From: Octopus sinensis | Lineage: Eukaryota | Direction of reading: 5' to 3' | Assembly: GCF_006345805.1 (NCBI RefSeq) | Contig: NC_042998.1 | Location: 179,366,001-179,430,000 of the forward strand | DNA: 64,000 nt | Shown here: positions 1 to 13,423 of the stretch, in pieces | Position numbering within the stretch: position 1 is the stretch's first letter | Layout of the letters: the number at the start of each line of letters is the position of its first letter | Made by a program: the position numbers and the translations under genes | Notes under the pieces: generated by a model | What the model was told of the DNA's origin: nothing | The model's database searches: none | Seen by the model: only the letters and a program-made list of their open reading frames with translations

Positions 1-1615
1 AAGCTCTTGTGGCAAACCAAGTCTGCAGACATTTCATTTTTGTCCTTGAATTCTTAGAGAAAGGAATGTATGTCACACAATCATCTTTTTTTTGCCATTT
101 TTTCTTTTTTTTGGTTTTTGTTTTTCATATATGAAGGTTCATGTCTTTATAAGAAATCTAGTTTTAATGATTTGAAATACCTGGTTTGAAGTAGTAACTG
201 ACTGAATCGATTCTGGCTTTATTACTGAAGCATTCTTTAACCTTTTAGCATTCAGATTACTCTGCCAAATGCAATGCTCATTTATTTATGTTGTTTTGAA
301 TTAATCCTTTCTCAGCTAGTGGTTTGAGATTTCAGTGATATGATTGACTGTTTTTAGAAAAACAATGCATGGTAAGTGTGAGAGGCAGGATCTGGGCCAG
401 TTTGAACATAAAACATGTAGAATATTTAGGCCTGAAATGGCCAGTTTAAATACTAAAGGATTAACGGCCACAGAGAGGTGAAAAGCAAAGTCAACTCTGA
501 AAAGATTTGAATTCACATCAGTGAGGTACTGAAATCAATATATTGATTCACAGGCGCTGGTATAGCTGTGTAGTTAAGAAGTTTGATCCTTAAGGGAATC
601 TGAGCTTAAAAAAATATACCACAACAAATTTTATCAGATCTACATCAATAAGGAAAAGTGGATTTTAAAATGATGATAAATTCCTCTAGTTTGGTATTCT
701 ACTATGTCAGTGAATTGGTACTCTATTGTATCTGTATGTGATTCTGTGTATGTGTATATGTGTGCTTGTGCATGCATATGTGTGTGTGTGTGCCTTTTGG
801 CTAAGATCACTAAATATATATATATTATATATCCCTTCTTCTCCAACTGGGATCTCTTTGTATCTCTTCTACAGCAAGACACCTATTCCTTTATTATTCT
901 TTTAACCTCTCATCAACTGGCAGAAATCCACTTTCCTCAGTACTACTCTACCCAGTTCGCCTTGTCTTGCATGTTACTTGGTGACCCTATTGCTTCTGGT
1001 GCCAATGAAAAAAGCATCCAGTACTCTCTCTAAAGTGGTTGGCATTGGGAAGGGCATCCAGCTGTAGAAACTATGCCAAAACTGACAATAGAACCTGGCA
1101 TAGCCCTTTGGGTTGCCAGCTGTTGTCAAACTACCCAACCCATGCCTGCATGGAGAACGGACGTTAAATGATGAATATATATATATATTATATATATATA
1201 TATATATATGAGAGTATTGTAGTTCACTTGAAGCATTGTGTATTGTTTGTAAAGAATAAAAAGTTTTGAATGGTACAACAACACACTATAATATAGACAA
1301 TGGACTATATACCTCTTGTAATTCAGTCATCCATAGTCTGATATGATATTTTGGAATAATATTCCTTCTTCAGATATTCTTAGATGGAGTCACTGCTATA
1401 ATTGGTTTTATACATATATATATATATATGTAGATTAGACCATCCCAAGTGTAACTGCATGAAATGGTTGTGATGCCTGTTACTTGATTGAAGAAAGAAG
1501 GCCACGAACGACCTGTCTTTTTTGCCCGTCCTTCTAATTGCTGTTTCTCTTGTCCACCTTTGTATCGTCTATCTGTCCAAATGTTTATATTGCATTTTTG
1601 TTCCATTTATATATA

Positions 1616-1654
<39 letters not shown>

Positions 1655-2729
1655 CATGCTAGCATGGAAAACGGATGCTAAACGATGATGATGATGATGA
1701 TGATGATGATGATATATAATTTTCTAAGTTTAAATCCTACTCAGACAGTTTTGCCTTTAATCTGTTGGATCTATATTTGTAAGTACTGGTCAAGTACCAA
1801 AGTGGATTTAGTCAATTCTACATTTCTGCCACAATTTGCAACCTTGTGTCATTGTAAGAAACTATTAGAATGAGAACACTATTTTGAAATATGTGTTTGC
1901 TTGTGCATACATGTGTGTGTTCATATGTGTGCATGTGTGTGAGAGTGTCTAAAAGGTAGACAGTGTGTGAGAGAGAGAGAGAGACTTAGTGAACAGATAT
2001 TTAATATAATCAATTTCATTGCCTGGAAAACTTTTGATGACTGAATAGAAATCAACTTCTTTTAAAAACCAAGATGCTTAAGATGTGACAAAGAATATTT
2101 TAAAAACGAAATCAATAAATAAAACCCACAAAAAATATACTAAAAATCAAAACCAAAATGAAAATTTTAAATGGTCTAGCAGTTAACATTGTATTCTTTA
2201 TTTGTGTTCTTTGGCTATTTTCAAATATAAATTTGAAAATTGTTATTAAGCCTCTAGTCATGTCACTTTATTAGAGATCCCCTCCAGGTTCGGAAACTGG
2301 TATCATTAACCGATTTCATTGTCAAGTGGTTAGATTCAGAACTAATTCAACATAAGGATAACATTGGGGGCTTTATGAGGGGAAAAAAAACGAAAAGTAA
2401 ATGAAGAAATTATAAAACAATCAAAACAATAACAAGACAAACAACGTTTTTCAAGTATATTGGAATTTGTTAAATTGCAATATACTTGACAGTATGTGTG
2501 TGTGTGTGTGTGTGTGCGTGTAAATGTATGAAGGTGCGTGTGTGTATTTGTGTGTATATGTGTGTATATGTATGAAGGTGTGTTTATATGTTTTATACAT
2601 ACATACATACATACACTCATATATATATATATACTTTTTTTTTTAATTTAGAGATAGACCCCTACATCTCACCAAATAAAAAGAATTTCTATTTTTATTT
2701 TTATTTTAAATACCTACTGTTTTATATAT

Positions 2730-2786
<57 letters not shown>

Positions 2787-3452
2787 CACAAACACACACA
2801 CACATACATATTTTATTATTTATTTAAACAATAGTTTATAGGATTATAAATCTGTTGTGATCATTTTGATCTCTTCAGAACAAGTTTAAAAGTAAGTTCT
2901 GAAGAGATCAAATGATGGAAACTAATATATAAAACTGTAAATTATAGTTTAAATATATACACACAAACACACACACAAACACATTATATATATACATAAA
3001 TACATAACTATATACACACCCATATGTGTGTGTGTACGTGTGTGTGTGTGTGTGTGTGTGTGAACTTGCACACATACAATCATCATTAACATTTTAAATC
3101 AACCTTCCATACCGTAATGGATGCGTCATCACAATTTAAATCATCTCCTTATGTGAGCTAACGCTCCAAGAGACCCAGAACTTGTATGCGTCATTTAACT
3201 GGATATCAGTGGCTTGATGCCATTCCTAAGTGTACAGAAGGCATTTTCTTGTGGCACCAACGGTGAAGATTGAATAGTCCTAGCTGACACAGAATTAGAG
3301 GAGTCTCCTAACCATATACTATTCTATTCTCATTTTAGTTGACTACTTTACAGAAGATAGAGGGGTTGGTTATGCAATAAGTACATGTGGCAACTGAAAT
3401 CACAATCTTGCAATCTTGAATCTAATACCTGAACCACTATGCCACATGTCTT

Positions 3453-3486
<34 letters not shown>

Positions 3487-4020
3487 TGGCAAACAGTTTT
3501 TCCTTTTTAACAAGTTTAATTAAATACATCACTGTGCTTGAGTTTTATCTTCTTTGTTTAGATTTCTCATATTTCCCTCATGGTTTTTGCTGCTAGTTCC
3601 AATCAATAAAATTACTTAATTTATATTCAAAGTTTCCAAACATTCACAGTCTCTTTTACAAGAATTGAATGGCTTTACATGAATTTGAATGTGGAATGTA
3701 TACCAAAAGGCAATCTTCATATCCAACTTAACATGGATGTATTGTTACAATGCTGAATACTGTTTTATTTGCACCTTGAGAAGTCCTCTCACATAGATGC
3801 AAGGGGCATAAAAGCACAAACATATATTGTAGCCAACAAGAATCATGATCTGGTAGTTTGGGCACCAATTTCAGATAATTCTCACTGCTACAGTGTCTGT
3901 ACTTTTATGCAAGAAGTATCTTTATGAGAAGACCTCTCAAGGCAAATATGACAGTATTTGGTGTTCTAACACAGTAAGTTATATATATATATGAATTTTT
4001 TGCGTAATGAGATAAAAAAC

Positions 4021-4460
4021 CAGGGGTGTGTAGATATTAGAACATTTATAGATAGATGGTCTTACAGCTGTTTGCAGGATATTTATTAATTATATCCCTT
4101 CATTGGAGACAGTGTGAGAGGATGGTAAGTAATAGTTAATTTAGATAGGATACAAAATAGAGAGTGAGGTGGAGGAAAGAAAATAGATGTGAGATAGGTA
4201 GGGATATTGAAGTTGTAGATCCATTTTTTAGGCAGAATATGTAAGATTCCAATACCTTATGAGTAAAATCCAACAGAATTTAAAATGGGTCATTCCAAAT
4301 ATATACATAATGATACTTTATATATATAAAAATGTGGTGCAAGGGAATGACAAAGAAGTTATGGGAAATAGGAAAATAATCATATAATGGTTGTTGACAT
4401 ACTCAATCCTTCATCAGTTTTACGCCAAAAGTCTACAGTTTTGATGCTATGTGTATGTAT
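4021..4460 (-). mobile_element. Penelope-like element remnant(s)
   Basis: Non-SINE repeat segment starting just after a (TA)n run. Contains the decayed hammerhead at 4059-4110 and a second lone CTGATGA on the minus strand at about 4411-4417. The family call is inferred from the hammerhead association. Confidence 0.45.
4059..4110 (-). ncRNA. Decayed hammerhead motif within a Penelope-like remnant
   Basis: Minus strand GTCT-CCAATGA-AGGGATAT...ATATCCT-GCAAAC-AGCT-GTA-AGAC. Stem I, stem II, the palindromic stem III (ACAGCTGT) and GUA are present. The cores carry two substitutions and one insertion. Confidence 0.5.
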
Positions 4461-5132
4461 ATATTTATTTATGCATACATACATACATACACCCACATGC
4501 CCACACATATTATGTGGCATAATAAATGCATGACTGTACATTAAGTGCATATATACATGACAAAAATGAAAGTAAAATTATTCAAAGTACTTCACAGAGA
4601 AATATACACTAATATACAGGCTTTTATAACTCTGAACTTCACCTTGTGTAACTCCAAGCATCATCTTTTCATTTGCTTGGCTGTAGTAATTTAACAGAAA
4701 ATTCCTCTTCCAATGATTTTCTATATATATATATATGTATATATATATGTATATATATATGTTCACACACACACGTACACACACTCACACACACACACAC
4801 ACCACACACACACACACACACGCACACACACACACACACACACAGAGAAGGTGAGAGAGAAAGATAGATATTCAATAAACTTTTTGGGGGTGGTACTTTA
4901 GTGCCAGGATTTGTCTGAATTTACAGTGGGGACTAAATTTATAAGAAGTTAAAGATATCTTCAGTTTATATAGGGGATATTTAATGACAGCGAATACCTA
5001 CTCTCAGCAGTTGCAGAACGGGGTTTATATTTAAAGGTCAATCGATAAGAAAAGAATGAACATTCGTCTTCCCTGACTGACTGGTTTCAGTTTACCAAAT
5101 ATCTTATCAGAGGGGCATAAAACAAGAAAACA

Positions 5133-5172
<40 letters not shown>

Positions 5173-5394
5173 TCACAACAAAACATGAAAAATTATATAA
5201 ATAAATGTATTAAGAAATAAAAAGGAAAAGACGTTGTGTATCTTTTCTTTCAGCAGATTGATTCAGTACAGTGTGAGAATATTTTAAAGAATGAGGGCTG
5301 GGGGTTTGCAACAAATGCCCTACAGATTTTGTTGGGTGTTTTCTATTTTTACTGTAATGATGGAAGAAACAGAAGTGGAGAAAGAGGAAGAGAG

Positions 5395-5945
5395 GAGGAG
5401 GAGGAGGGGGATGAGCGGCAATAGCATCATCGGTGACACCATTTGCCTCCTACTACCCATCATCTTTGCTATCATCATAATCATCATCATCATCATTGTC
5501 ATTATCATCATCATCACCTTCACTGTCGTCATCATCATCATCATCACCTTCACTGTCACCATCATCATCATCATCATCACCTTTACTGTCGTTATCATCA
5601 TCATCATTGTCGTCCCCCTCACCACCACCACCACCACCACCACCACCATCACAACCATCATCATCATCATCATCGTCATCACCCTCACCATCACCACCAC
5701 CACAACCATCATCATCATCGTCGTCATCACCCTCGCTGTTCTCATCATCATCATTATAATTGTTGTCGTCATCGTTGTCATCACCACCATCGTCGTTGTC
5801 ACCCTCGCCATCATCAACATCATCAGTGTCACCATCATCATCAAAATCACCATCATCATCACCATCGTTATCATTATCATCATCACTCTCAAACTTCTTG
5901 TCATCATTACCATGACCGTCATCATAATCACCGCCACTATCATCA
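5395..5945. repeat. Degenerate (ATC)/(ACC) trinucleotide array
   Basis: Five or more frames are open only because of triplet periodicity. Similar arrays lie at 35845-36010, 40285-40500, 49780-49970 and 60040-60260. Confidence 0.9.
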
Positions 5946-7030
5946 ACGGGATTGTTTCCATTCAGCATTTTACTGAAGAAGTTAGATAACTTCTTTATCT
6001 TTAATTCTTCAGAGAAGGTACCAAAACACTACAAACAATAGCATTTCTCCAAACCCTTTTTTCTCAAACTCACCACTCATCCCAATAACTAGATAAATAA
6101 AAATCAAAAATGTGTGCCATGTGTGGAAGGATGAGGCGGAGGGAATATATACACACACACATACACACACACACACAAACCAACATCACAGAGCTATGCC
6201 AAAAGTCACAGACTGAATGAATTCTGTGCGTTTCTGTTGTTATTTATGGAGATTAGTAAAAAGAAGGAGGGAATGTTTTTTAGCAACAGACAAACAGAAG
6301 GGAGGAAAAGGGCTCATGGAATGTTCTGGAAATTCTGTGGTAATAGATACTGTTGGCATCATGTTGCTTTTTATAGTCTGACTAACATGTTGACAACCTA
6401 ATTCCTGCAACAACTAGTGCTGATTTCTATTTTAGCTGTTGTTGTTGTTGTTTTTTGTTGTTTGGTAAGCTACTTGTAACAAAAATCCTGACTGTTGGTT
6501 GGTTGCCTGTCAGATTTACACATGAAGTTTGTGATATTTTACTGTGAAATTAAGGCTATAATTTAGACCTCAGAAAATAGGGGAACAAATTGAAAAAGTA
6601 ATTTCTAATAAGGAATAATATGTTTGCTCTGAAAATAATTTCATAGAAATAAGGTGATGAGCTATTCTGAGAGGCTTTTGTTTTGACATATTATTCACAG
6701 GATGTCTTTGATGTTAGATTGTGCGTTAGATACTTGTCGGAAGTTGTGTTACATTAAAAAACAATGAATACTTAGAGCGGATCAGAGAGTATAAAAAGGA
6801 GATGAGTGAGTTATGTGAAATCATAGTGATTCTTTATGCTAGATTCTTCTTCTATTAATTATTTATGATGTAGCTTAACTCTTTAGTATTTAAACTGGCC
6901 ATATCCAGTCAAAATATTCTACCTGCCTTATGTTCTAACTGACCAGATTCAGCCTCTCACACTTACCCTATAATGTCATCCTTAAAATAAACAATCACAT
7001 CATCGAAAACTCAAAGTTATGAGATAATCT

Positions 7031-7435
7031 GTGGCCGTAGCCAGCGCCACATCGATTGGCCTCCGTGCCGATGGCACGTAACAAACACCATCCGATCGTG
7101 GCCGTTACCAGCCTCGCCTGGCCTCTGTGCTGGTGGCACGTAAAAAGCACCATCCGATCGTGGCCGTTGCCAGCCTCGCCTGGCCTCCGTGCTGGTGGCA
7201 TGTAAAAAGCACCATCCGAGCATGGCCGTTCGCCAGCCTTGTCTGGCACCTGTGTCGGTGGCATGTAAAAAGCACCCACTACACTCACAGAGTGGTTGGC
7301 ATTAGGAAGGGCATCCAGCTGTAGAAACACTGCCAGATCAGACTGGAGCCTGGTGCAGCCTTCAGGCTTCCCAGACCCCAGTTGAACCGTCCAACCCATG
7401 CTAGCATGGAAAGTGGACATTAAATGAGGATGATG
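7031..7435 (+). mobile_element. SINE-like element with four ~62-bp tandem units and a (GAT)n tail
   Basis: Units start at 7031, 7098, 7160 and 7222 (GTGGCCGTT.CCAGCCTCGCCTGGC...GGCACGTAAAAAGCACCATCCGA), followed by GGTTGGCATTAGGAAGGGCATCCAGCTGTAGAAAC...CCCATGCTAGCATGGAAA..GACATTAAATGA(GAT). Related copies at about 1000-1170, 12790-13100, 14510-14825, 16127-16262, 20370-20510, 33660-33860 (-), 50890-51190 (-), 52040-52330 (-), 60790-60965 and 62150-62360. Confidence 0.8.
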
Positions 7436-7789
7436 AATTGAAAATAATGTGAATAAATAAGCTTTGCATTTGACAGCGTAATCTGAATGCAAAATGTTTA
7501 AAGTAAATGATAACACTTTCAGATCAGAATTTATATAAGAGTTACTCAATAAAGTTCCCATTTGTAGTAAACTATATTGAATATTTTGCCACAAGGCCCA
7601 GTCCTTAGAGTGGTGGCTTGCGTGCCTTGATGACCCAGAGTTATACCAGCAGAGCAAAAGCACTTTCTAGGGCCTTCCCTGCTTAACAGGTCAAAGGAGA
7701 AAGGCTAGACTAATATGGGCCACTTCTTCCCACGAATGAAAATGGGTTTGCATGGGGTCATCACAACTACCTAGAAAAATGCAAATTAC

Positions 7790-7895
7790 AGAAACTTCAA
7801 AACAAACAAGAGATGGGGGAGAAGAACCCTGGATTGAGAACAGTGAAGAAAAGTTGTTGATGGCCTATGCTCCAAAGGCAGTGAAGGGCTTAAGA
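7790..7895 (+). mobile_element. RTE LINE extreme 3' fragment
   Basis: Translates to RWGRRTLD*EQ*RKVVDGLCSKGSEGLK, a decayed form of the RTE C-terminal W..L...AxDRxxWRxxVxGLCS pattern. Confidence 0.55.
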
Positions 7896-8341
7896 GAAAC
7901 AAAGAAGAGAGACACTGACTATAACTATGAACTGAATCTCTGCATGATGCCCATACACCTCTATGATTGGTAGATTGGTGTGAGCTAAATAATCTGACCA
8001 TGGAATAAGCTGAGAAAGAGAACTTAGTTGGAAAATGAACTATAGTTCTTTTGAATGGCAGTCCTATCTCCAGACAACTTAGCCAGCTACAGTTCCATTT
8101 CCTTTATATTTATGAGTATTTCATAAAAGGGAAAACAACATTTCATATATTTATATATTTATTTATATATATGTATGTATGAATGTGTAAATTGTTATTA
8201 ATCCAAACAAGTGGAGGAATAGAAGAAATGAACTTGTAAATGCTCTGAGGAAATATTAGAATTAATTAGAATTTAATTATATTTAAAATATAGGAATACA
8301 CACAACAGGTTTCACATTAGATTTTCAAAAGCATATAGTAT

Positions 8342-8751
8342 ACTCTTTTACTCTTTTACTTGTTTCAGTCATTTGACTGCGGCCATGCTGGAGCACCGCC
8401 TTTTTTTTAATCGAGCAACTCGACCCCGGGACTTATTCTTTTGTAAGCCCAGTACTTATTTTATCGGTCTCTTTTGCCGAACCGCTAAGTAACGGGGACA
8501 TAAACACACCAGCATCGGTTGTCAAGCAATGCTAGGGGGACAAATACAGACACACAAACACACACACGCATATACATATACATATATACGACGGGCTTCT
8601 TTCAGTTTCCGTCTACCAAATCCACTCACAAGGCTTTGGTCGGCCCGAGGCTATAGTAGAAGACACTTGCCCATGGTGCCACGCAGTGGGACTGAACCCG
8701 GAACTATGTGGTTGGTAGACAAGCTACTTACCACACAGCCACTCCTGCGCC
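8342..8751 (-). mobile_element. Near full-length, young tRNA-derived SINE
   Basis: The minus strand starts GGCGCAGGAGTGGCTGTGTGGTAAG (A-box-like) ... GGTTCAGTCCC (B-box-like), has a central (TA/CA) spacer, and ends GCTCCAGCATGGCCGCAGTCAAATGACTGAAACAAGTAAAAGAG(TAAAAGAG). CpGs are largely intact. More than 10 related copies occur in the window. Confidence 0.85.
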
Positions 8752-9568
8752 TAGAACTGTGTTGCGAATTATTTCTGTTCTGTCTGTTGTTATAGAAATA
8801 GTTTGCTTTTTAAAGTAGGAATGTGAATCAGAACGCTATCTGTTAACGTAAAAATTGATAGGTCAAAGTTCTAGTACTAAACATATGTAGCAGTAGTGTG
8901 AGGTCACATAAAATTTTTCTCCATTGACTATGTCATATGACAGTTAGAAAAGAGAGATATGAATAAAAGTATATAATAATTGTTTACAGATAGGTGTTAT
9001 AGATAATTATTGTTTACTATTCTGTTGAAGAATAATGTTATCAATTAGTGTTAGTTCCCTCCCACTGAACATGCTAAAACACATCCCTTCTTTGTTAACA
9101 AGGCATAGAGTAAGTAAGATAATGAGGTGTGGAGTAAATAAGATAGATGATAGCTGCTACATGTATTTTGGTTGACTTAAGAATGCATCCAAGTTGACAT
9201 TCTACAATAATTAATTCATAAGAAAAGGAGAACCATGTAAAATTGATTGATTTTATAACCTGCTCAGCAGAGTTTTATTAATTTTTTGATAAACGAACTT
9301 TCCTTATTAATTCTCATTAATGTGTGTGTGTATATATATAAATACATACATACATACATACATACATACATACGTACGTACGTACATACATACATACATA
9401 CATACATACATACATACATACATACATACATGTATATATATCTATATATGTATATCTTTTACCTTTCCTTTTACCTGTTTTAGTCATTAGTCTGCAGCCA
9501 TGCTGGGGCACTGTGTTGAAGAATTTTAGTTGAATGAATTGACCCTTGAGAGAGGGCACAGGAATATT

Positions 9569-9928
9569 GGTCAACCATGGCTCACATATAAGGACAAGCT
9601 GAAGAGTAACCTCTTAGAAATGAAGATAGCTCACAACGCCTTTGAGTGAAAAACACCTTGGAGTGAACAAAATGGAGACCGTTGTGTCAAAATGGTACCA
9701 GAACTTTGTTGCAACCGGCATTAACAAGCTTCAGGGTGCAAGGCAAAGGAGAAAAAACGGCTGCAAATATACCACCTGCACTGATCTGTAATCCTTATAC
9801 TTGCAACATCTGTGGCCTTCTTTGCAAATCGTTGGCGGGAGCTGAATGTCACATTCGACATAAGCATTTTGACCGTCAAAGAAAGAGTGTGTTGTCAGAG
9901 CCTCATTCATTGAAACTGATGGGAGAGT

Positions 9929-9936
<8 letters not shown>
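9569..9936 (+). mobile_element. RTE-clade LINE 3' fragment
   Basis: Translates to GQPWLTYKDKLKSNL (RTE GRPxxRYKDxLK motif) and a C-terminal zinc motif YTCNICGLLCKSLAGAECHIRHKH. Ends in GAGAGTCCATCAT followed by (AT)n. Confidence 0.75.
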
Positions 9937-9961
<25 letters not shown>

Positions 9962-9964
<3 letters not shown>

Positions 9965-10161
9965 AAAAATACAAAATGGGACAAGAACGCAATACATCCA
10001 GATAGACGATACAAAAAACACGGACAGGTCATTCGAAGCCTTTAATCTTCAGTCAAGAACCGGATCATCCTCACAATTTCAGCTGATTAATCTTGAGATT
10101 GTTCCAATCTGGTCAGTCCCAAAGAAAAACTAAGCTAAGAGCATTAGATTCCTCGGAAAAC
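9962..10161. mobile_element. ~200-bp interspersed-repeat-like insert in the (TA)n tail of the RTE fragment
   Basis: Higher-GC, CpG-containing block bounded by (TA)n on both sides. The RTE terminal word GAGAGTCCATCAT recurs at about 10184 and 10218. Confidence 0.4.
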
Positions 10162-10673
10162 ATATATATATATATATATATGATGAGAGTCCATCATATA
10201 TATATATATATATATATGAGAGTCCATCATATATATATATATATATATATAATTACACACACATACACACAAACACACACACACACACACACCACACACA
10301 CACACACATAAATGGCTATATTAAATGGTACTTTTTTAAACTCATAATAAGATAAATGCCGCCTGTTTCTCTGCAGATATAAAATATAAAGCAAGCCAAT
10401 TGTATTCTTTTTCTGGTTTCGGTACATATACAGTATGTGTGTCTGTGTGTTTTGCATTCTTGCTTGTGTATAGACACAAACATACATCTATACATATATA
10501 TATTTACTGATAAATAGCTAGCTGGCTAGATAGATAGATATGGATGTATATGTATATGAAATGTAACATCATTTTATGTCTGTTTTCCCATGCTTGCATG
10601 AATTCTATATGTATCATAAACACTCAATTATACAAGTAGAAGCTTTGAAAGTTTATTTAAAGCTGGGATTAAA

Positions 10674-10707
<34 letters not shown>

Positions 10708-11362
10708 TATGTGTGAGAGTGAGTGATACACAAATGTATATATATGAGTGTGTATATATATATATGTATATATACGTGTGTGCATGTGAATCTATCTACC
10801 TATCTGCCTGGCTGTCTATCTACCTTATCTGCCTGTCTGTTTGTCTATCTTTCTGTGTGTGTGTGTGTGTATATACATATATTGTATCTATTTTACTGAT
10901 ATTGATTGAAATGTCAGCTTGTGATTTATGCTGGTAAAAAGAGTTCTCCCTTTTTACTGAGCAGCCATATAAATTTTCACATGGCGAAATAAACTGCTTC
11001 GTACGAAAGTTAAGAGTAGAATGAACGAAATAAAACAAAACAAAACAAAACAAATAAACAAACAAGTAAATATCAATTCGGATTGGAAGATGAAGTTGGC
11101 AATGAGAAGTAGATGAAAATCTGTTGTTCCTTGAATTAATTTCTTTCACTGGAACGTGAATATTTTATGGCCAAAATGATTCATTTTATCGATATAAGAT
11201 CTTGAAATTATTTATTTAGCATTGAGGATAAATACTTTAGATAGTTTAAAGTATCTAAAAAAGTATGTATATATATATGCTTGTATATACAGACATTCAC
11301 ATGTGCACAAAGCAATATACATTTAAGCATTTATAACTATACATAACTATACATATATATAT

Positions 11363-11394
<32 letters not shown>

Positions 11395-11403
11395 GTATAT
11401 ATA

Positions 11404-11459
<56 letters not shown>

Positions 11460-11509
11460 TATATATATTATATATATATATATAGATATATATATATATA
11501 TATATATAT

Positions 11510-11701
11510 GTATAAATAAATGCTTATATATATATCTATACAAACATATCTTCAAATATAGAGTGTAAGATATATTGTTTACATATAAGTTTGTGTGCGC
11601 ATGTGTGATGCATGCATATTATACATGATGTGAATGTAGGTGCATATGAATACATATATATGCAAATACATACATATACAATAATAGACATTATATATCT
11701 G

Positions 11702-11741
<40 letters not shown>

Positions 11742-11805
11742 GTATGAATGTGTCTATATAATATTCATACCCACATCTGTGTGTGTGTGTGTGTATGTAT
11801 GCAAG

Positions 11806-11837
<32 letters not shown>

Positions 11838-12182
11838 TATTCATTTACAAATGTATATACAGCTGGGTATACAGACACAGATGCACATGCATACTTGTAT
11901 TTAACATGCAGAAATGCCTATGTCTGTGTGTAAACATGGAAACATAAACATATTTAGTATGCATGCACTCACAAACACAAACACACACACACACACTCAT
12001 CTATATACCCATACATTAATATATATTGCACGCTGTAAAAATTAGTGCTTGAAGAATCTCCATTTCAAATTTCAAGAGTTTTAAATCCATTTCATTGATG
12101 ATATGATGAAAACATCAAAATTTAAAATTTTCCTTTTGACATTTGCAAAACTAATTTCCATTAAGTCATACAATGATAATAG

Positions 12183-12260
<78 letters not shown>

Positions 12261-13134
12261 ATAATGTCTTCAGAGCTTAGTGTTAGGAATGTTTATTTTG
12301 TTTTGATATATTTTTTTTTACCTCAATTTCCCATTTGTAATACAAGAAAATGTTTATTTTCCAAAATCAAAAATACATAAGCATTAGTACACAATTATTT
12401 TAGAAGTCATAAAGTAAAGACCTAAATTTTCCATCGAAACTTATCAACTTAGAATGGAAAGCATTCCAGAGTGACCAGAGTTCCAGTCTAGCAAGTTCTG
12501 ACGAATTGGAGAATCAGTTACTTTAGTCACTTTTATTTGGTCTTTTAATCTTTTGCTTATTTCAACCATGTTTTGGCACTGCCTCGAAGAATCATAATTG
12601 AATGAATTGACCCTAATATCTAATTTTATTTTAAGTTTGGCACTTATTCTATGGGTCTCTTTTTGGCAACATAAACGCACCAAAACCAGTTGTTAAGCGG
12701 TGACGGAGAACAAACACGGATAACAAAGACACACACATACATAGATACACACACATGCATGCACACACACACACAGATATTGCAAATTACTTGGTGGACC
12801 TGCCAGTGCTGGTGTCAGGTATGAAGCATCCAGTCTATACTGTAAAGTGGTTGGCATTTAATAGGGCATCCAGCTGTAAAAAAAAGCCATGCCCAAAAAC
12901 TGACCTTGCCTGTGCTGGTGCCATGTAAAATGCACTCAGTCTACTCTGCAGAATGGTTGGTGTTAGATTAAAAGACCAAATAAAACTATGCCAAAACAGA
13001 CAGTGAAGCATGGTGCAGTCTTCTGCATAGCCAGCCGCTGTCAAAATCATCCAACCCATGGCAGCATGGAAAGCAGATGTTAAATGAAGATCATGATGAT
13101 GATTATATATATATATAATATATATATGTATATG

Positions 13135-13178
<44 letters not shown>

Positions 13179-13368
13179 AAATAAATGCTTATATATATAT
13201 ATCTATACAAACATATCTTCAAATATAGAGTGTAAGATATATTGTTTACATATATGTTTGTGTGCGCATGTGCGATGCATGCATATTATACATGATGTGA
13301 ATGTAGGTGCATATGAATACGTATATATGCAAATACATACATATACAATAATAGACATTATATATCTG

Positions 13369-13423
<55 letters not shown>

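Noticed and set aside
178-224. Possible 44-nt minus-strand exon ending ...YYFKPG|GT, resembling a Calx-beta FxPG junction
   Set aside because: Phase-2 start is incompatible with the phase-1 host exons, the acceptor is weak and abuts a repeat, and similarity is limited to four residues.
5291-5989. Asp/Gly-rich ORF (5453-5968, minus), superficially like acidic shell proteins, plus overlapping His-rich, Ile-rich and Met-rich ORFs
   Set aside because: Degenerate ATC/ACC triplet array open in most frames. Similar arrays recur elsewhere in the window, there is no signal peptide, and the nearest acceptor is not phase-compatible with the host gene.
6701-6805. + strand exon-like segment with a good acceptor (TTATTCACAG) and donor (GA|GTGAGT)
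   Set aside because: Stops in all three frames and no supporting neighbours.
6995-7663. 222-aa minus-strand ORF; also possible CRISPR-like appearance of the 62-bp units
   Set aside because: The ORF is a read-through of a SINE-like repeat. The units are contiguous with no unique spacers, and the context is eukaryotic.
8700-8751. tRNA-like sequences here and at 20607, 31076, 37790, 39351, 43174, 54899 and 57770
   Set aside because: A/B-box-bearing SINE heads that continue into SINE bodies; no complete cloverleaf, so not tRNA genes.
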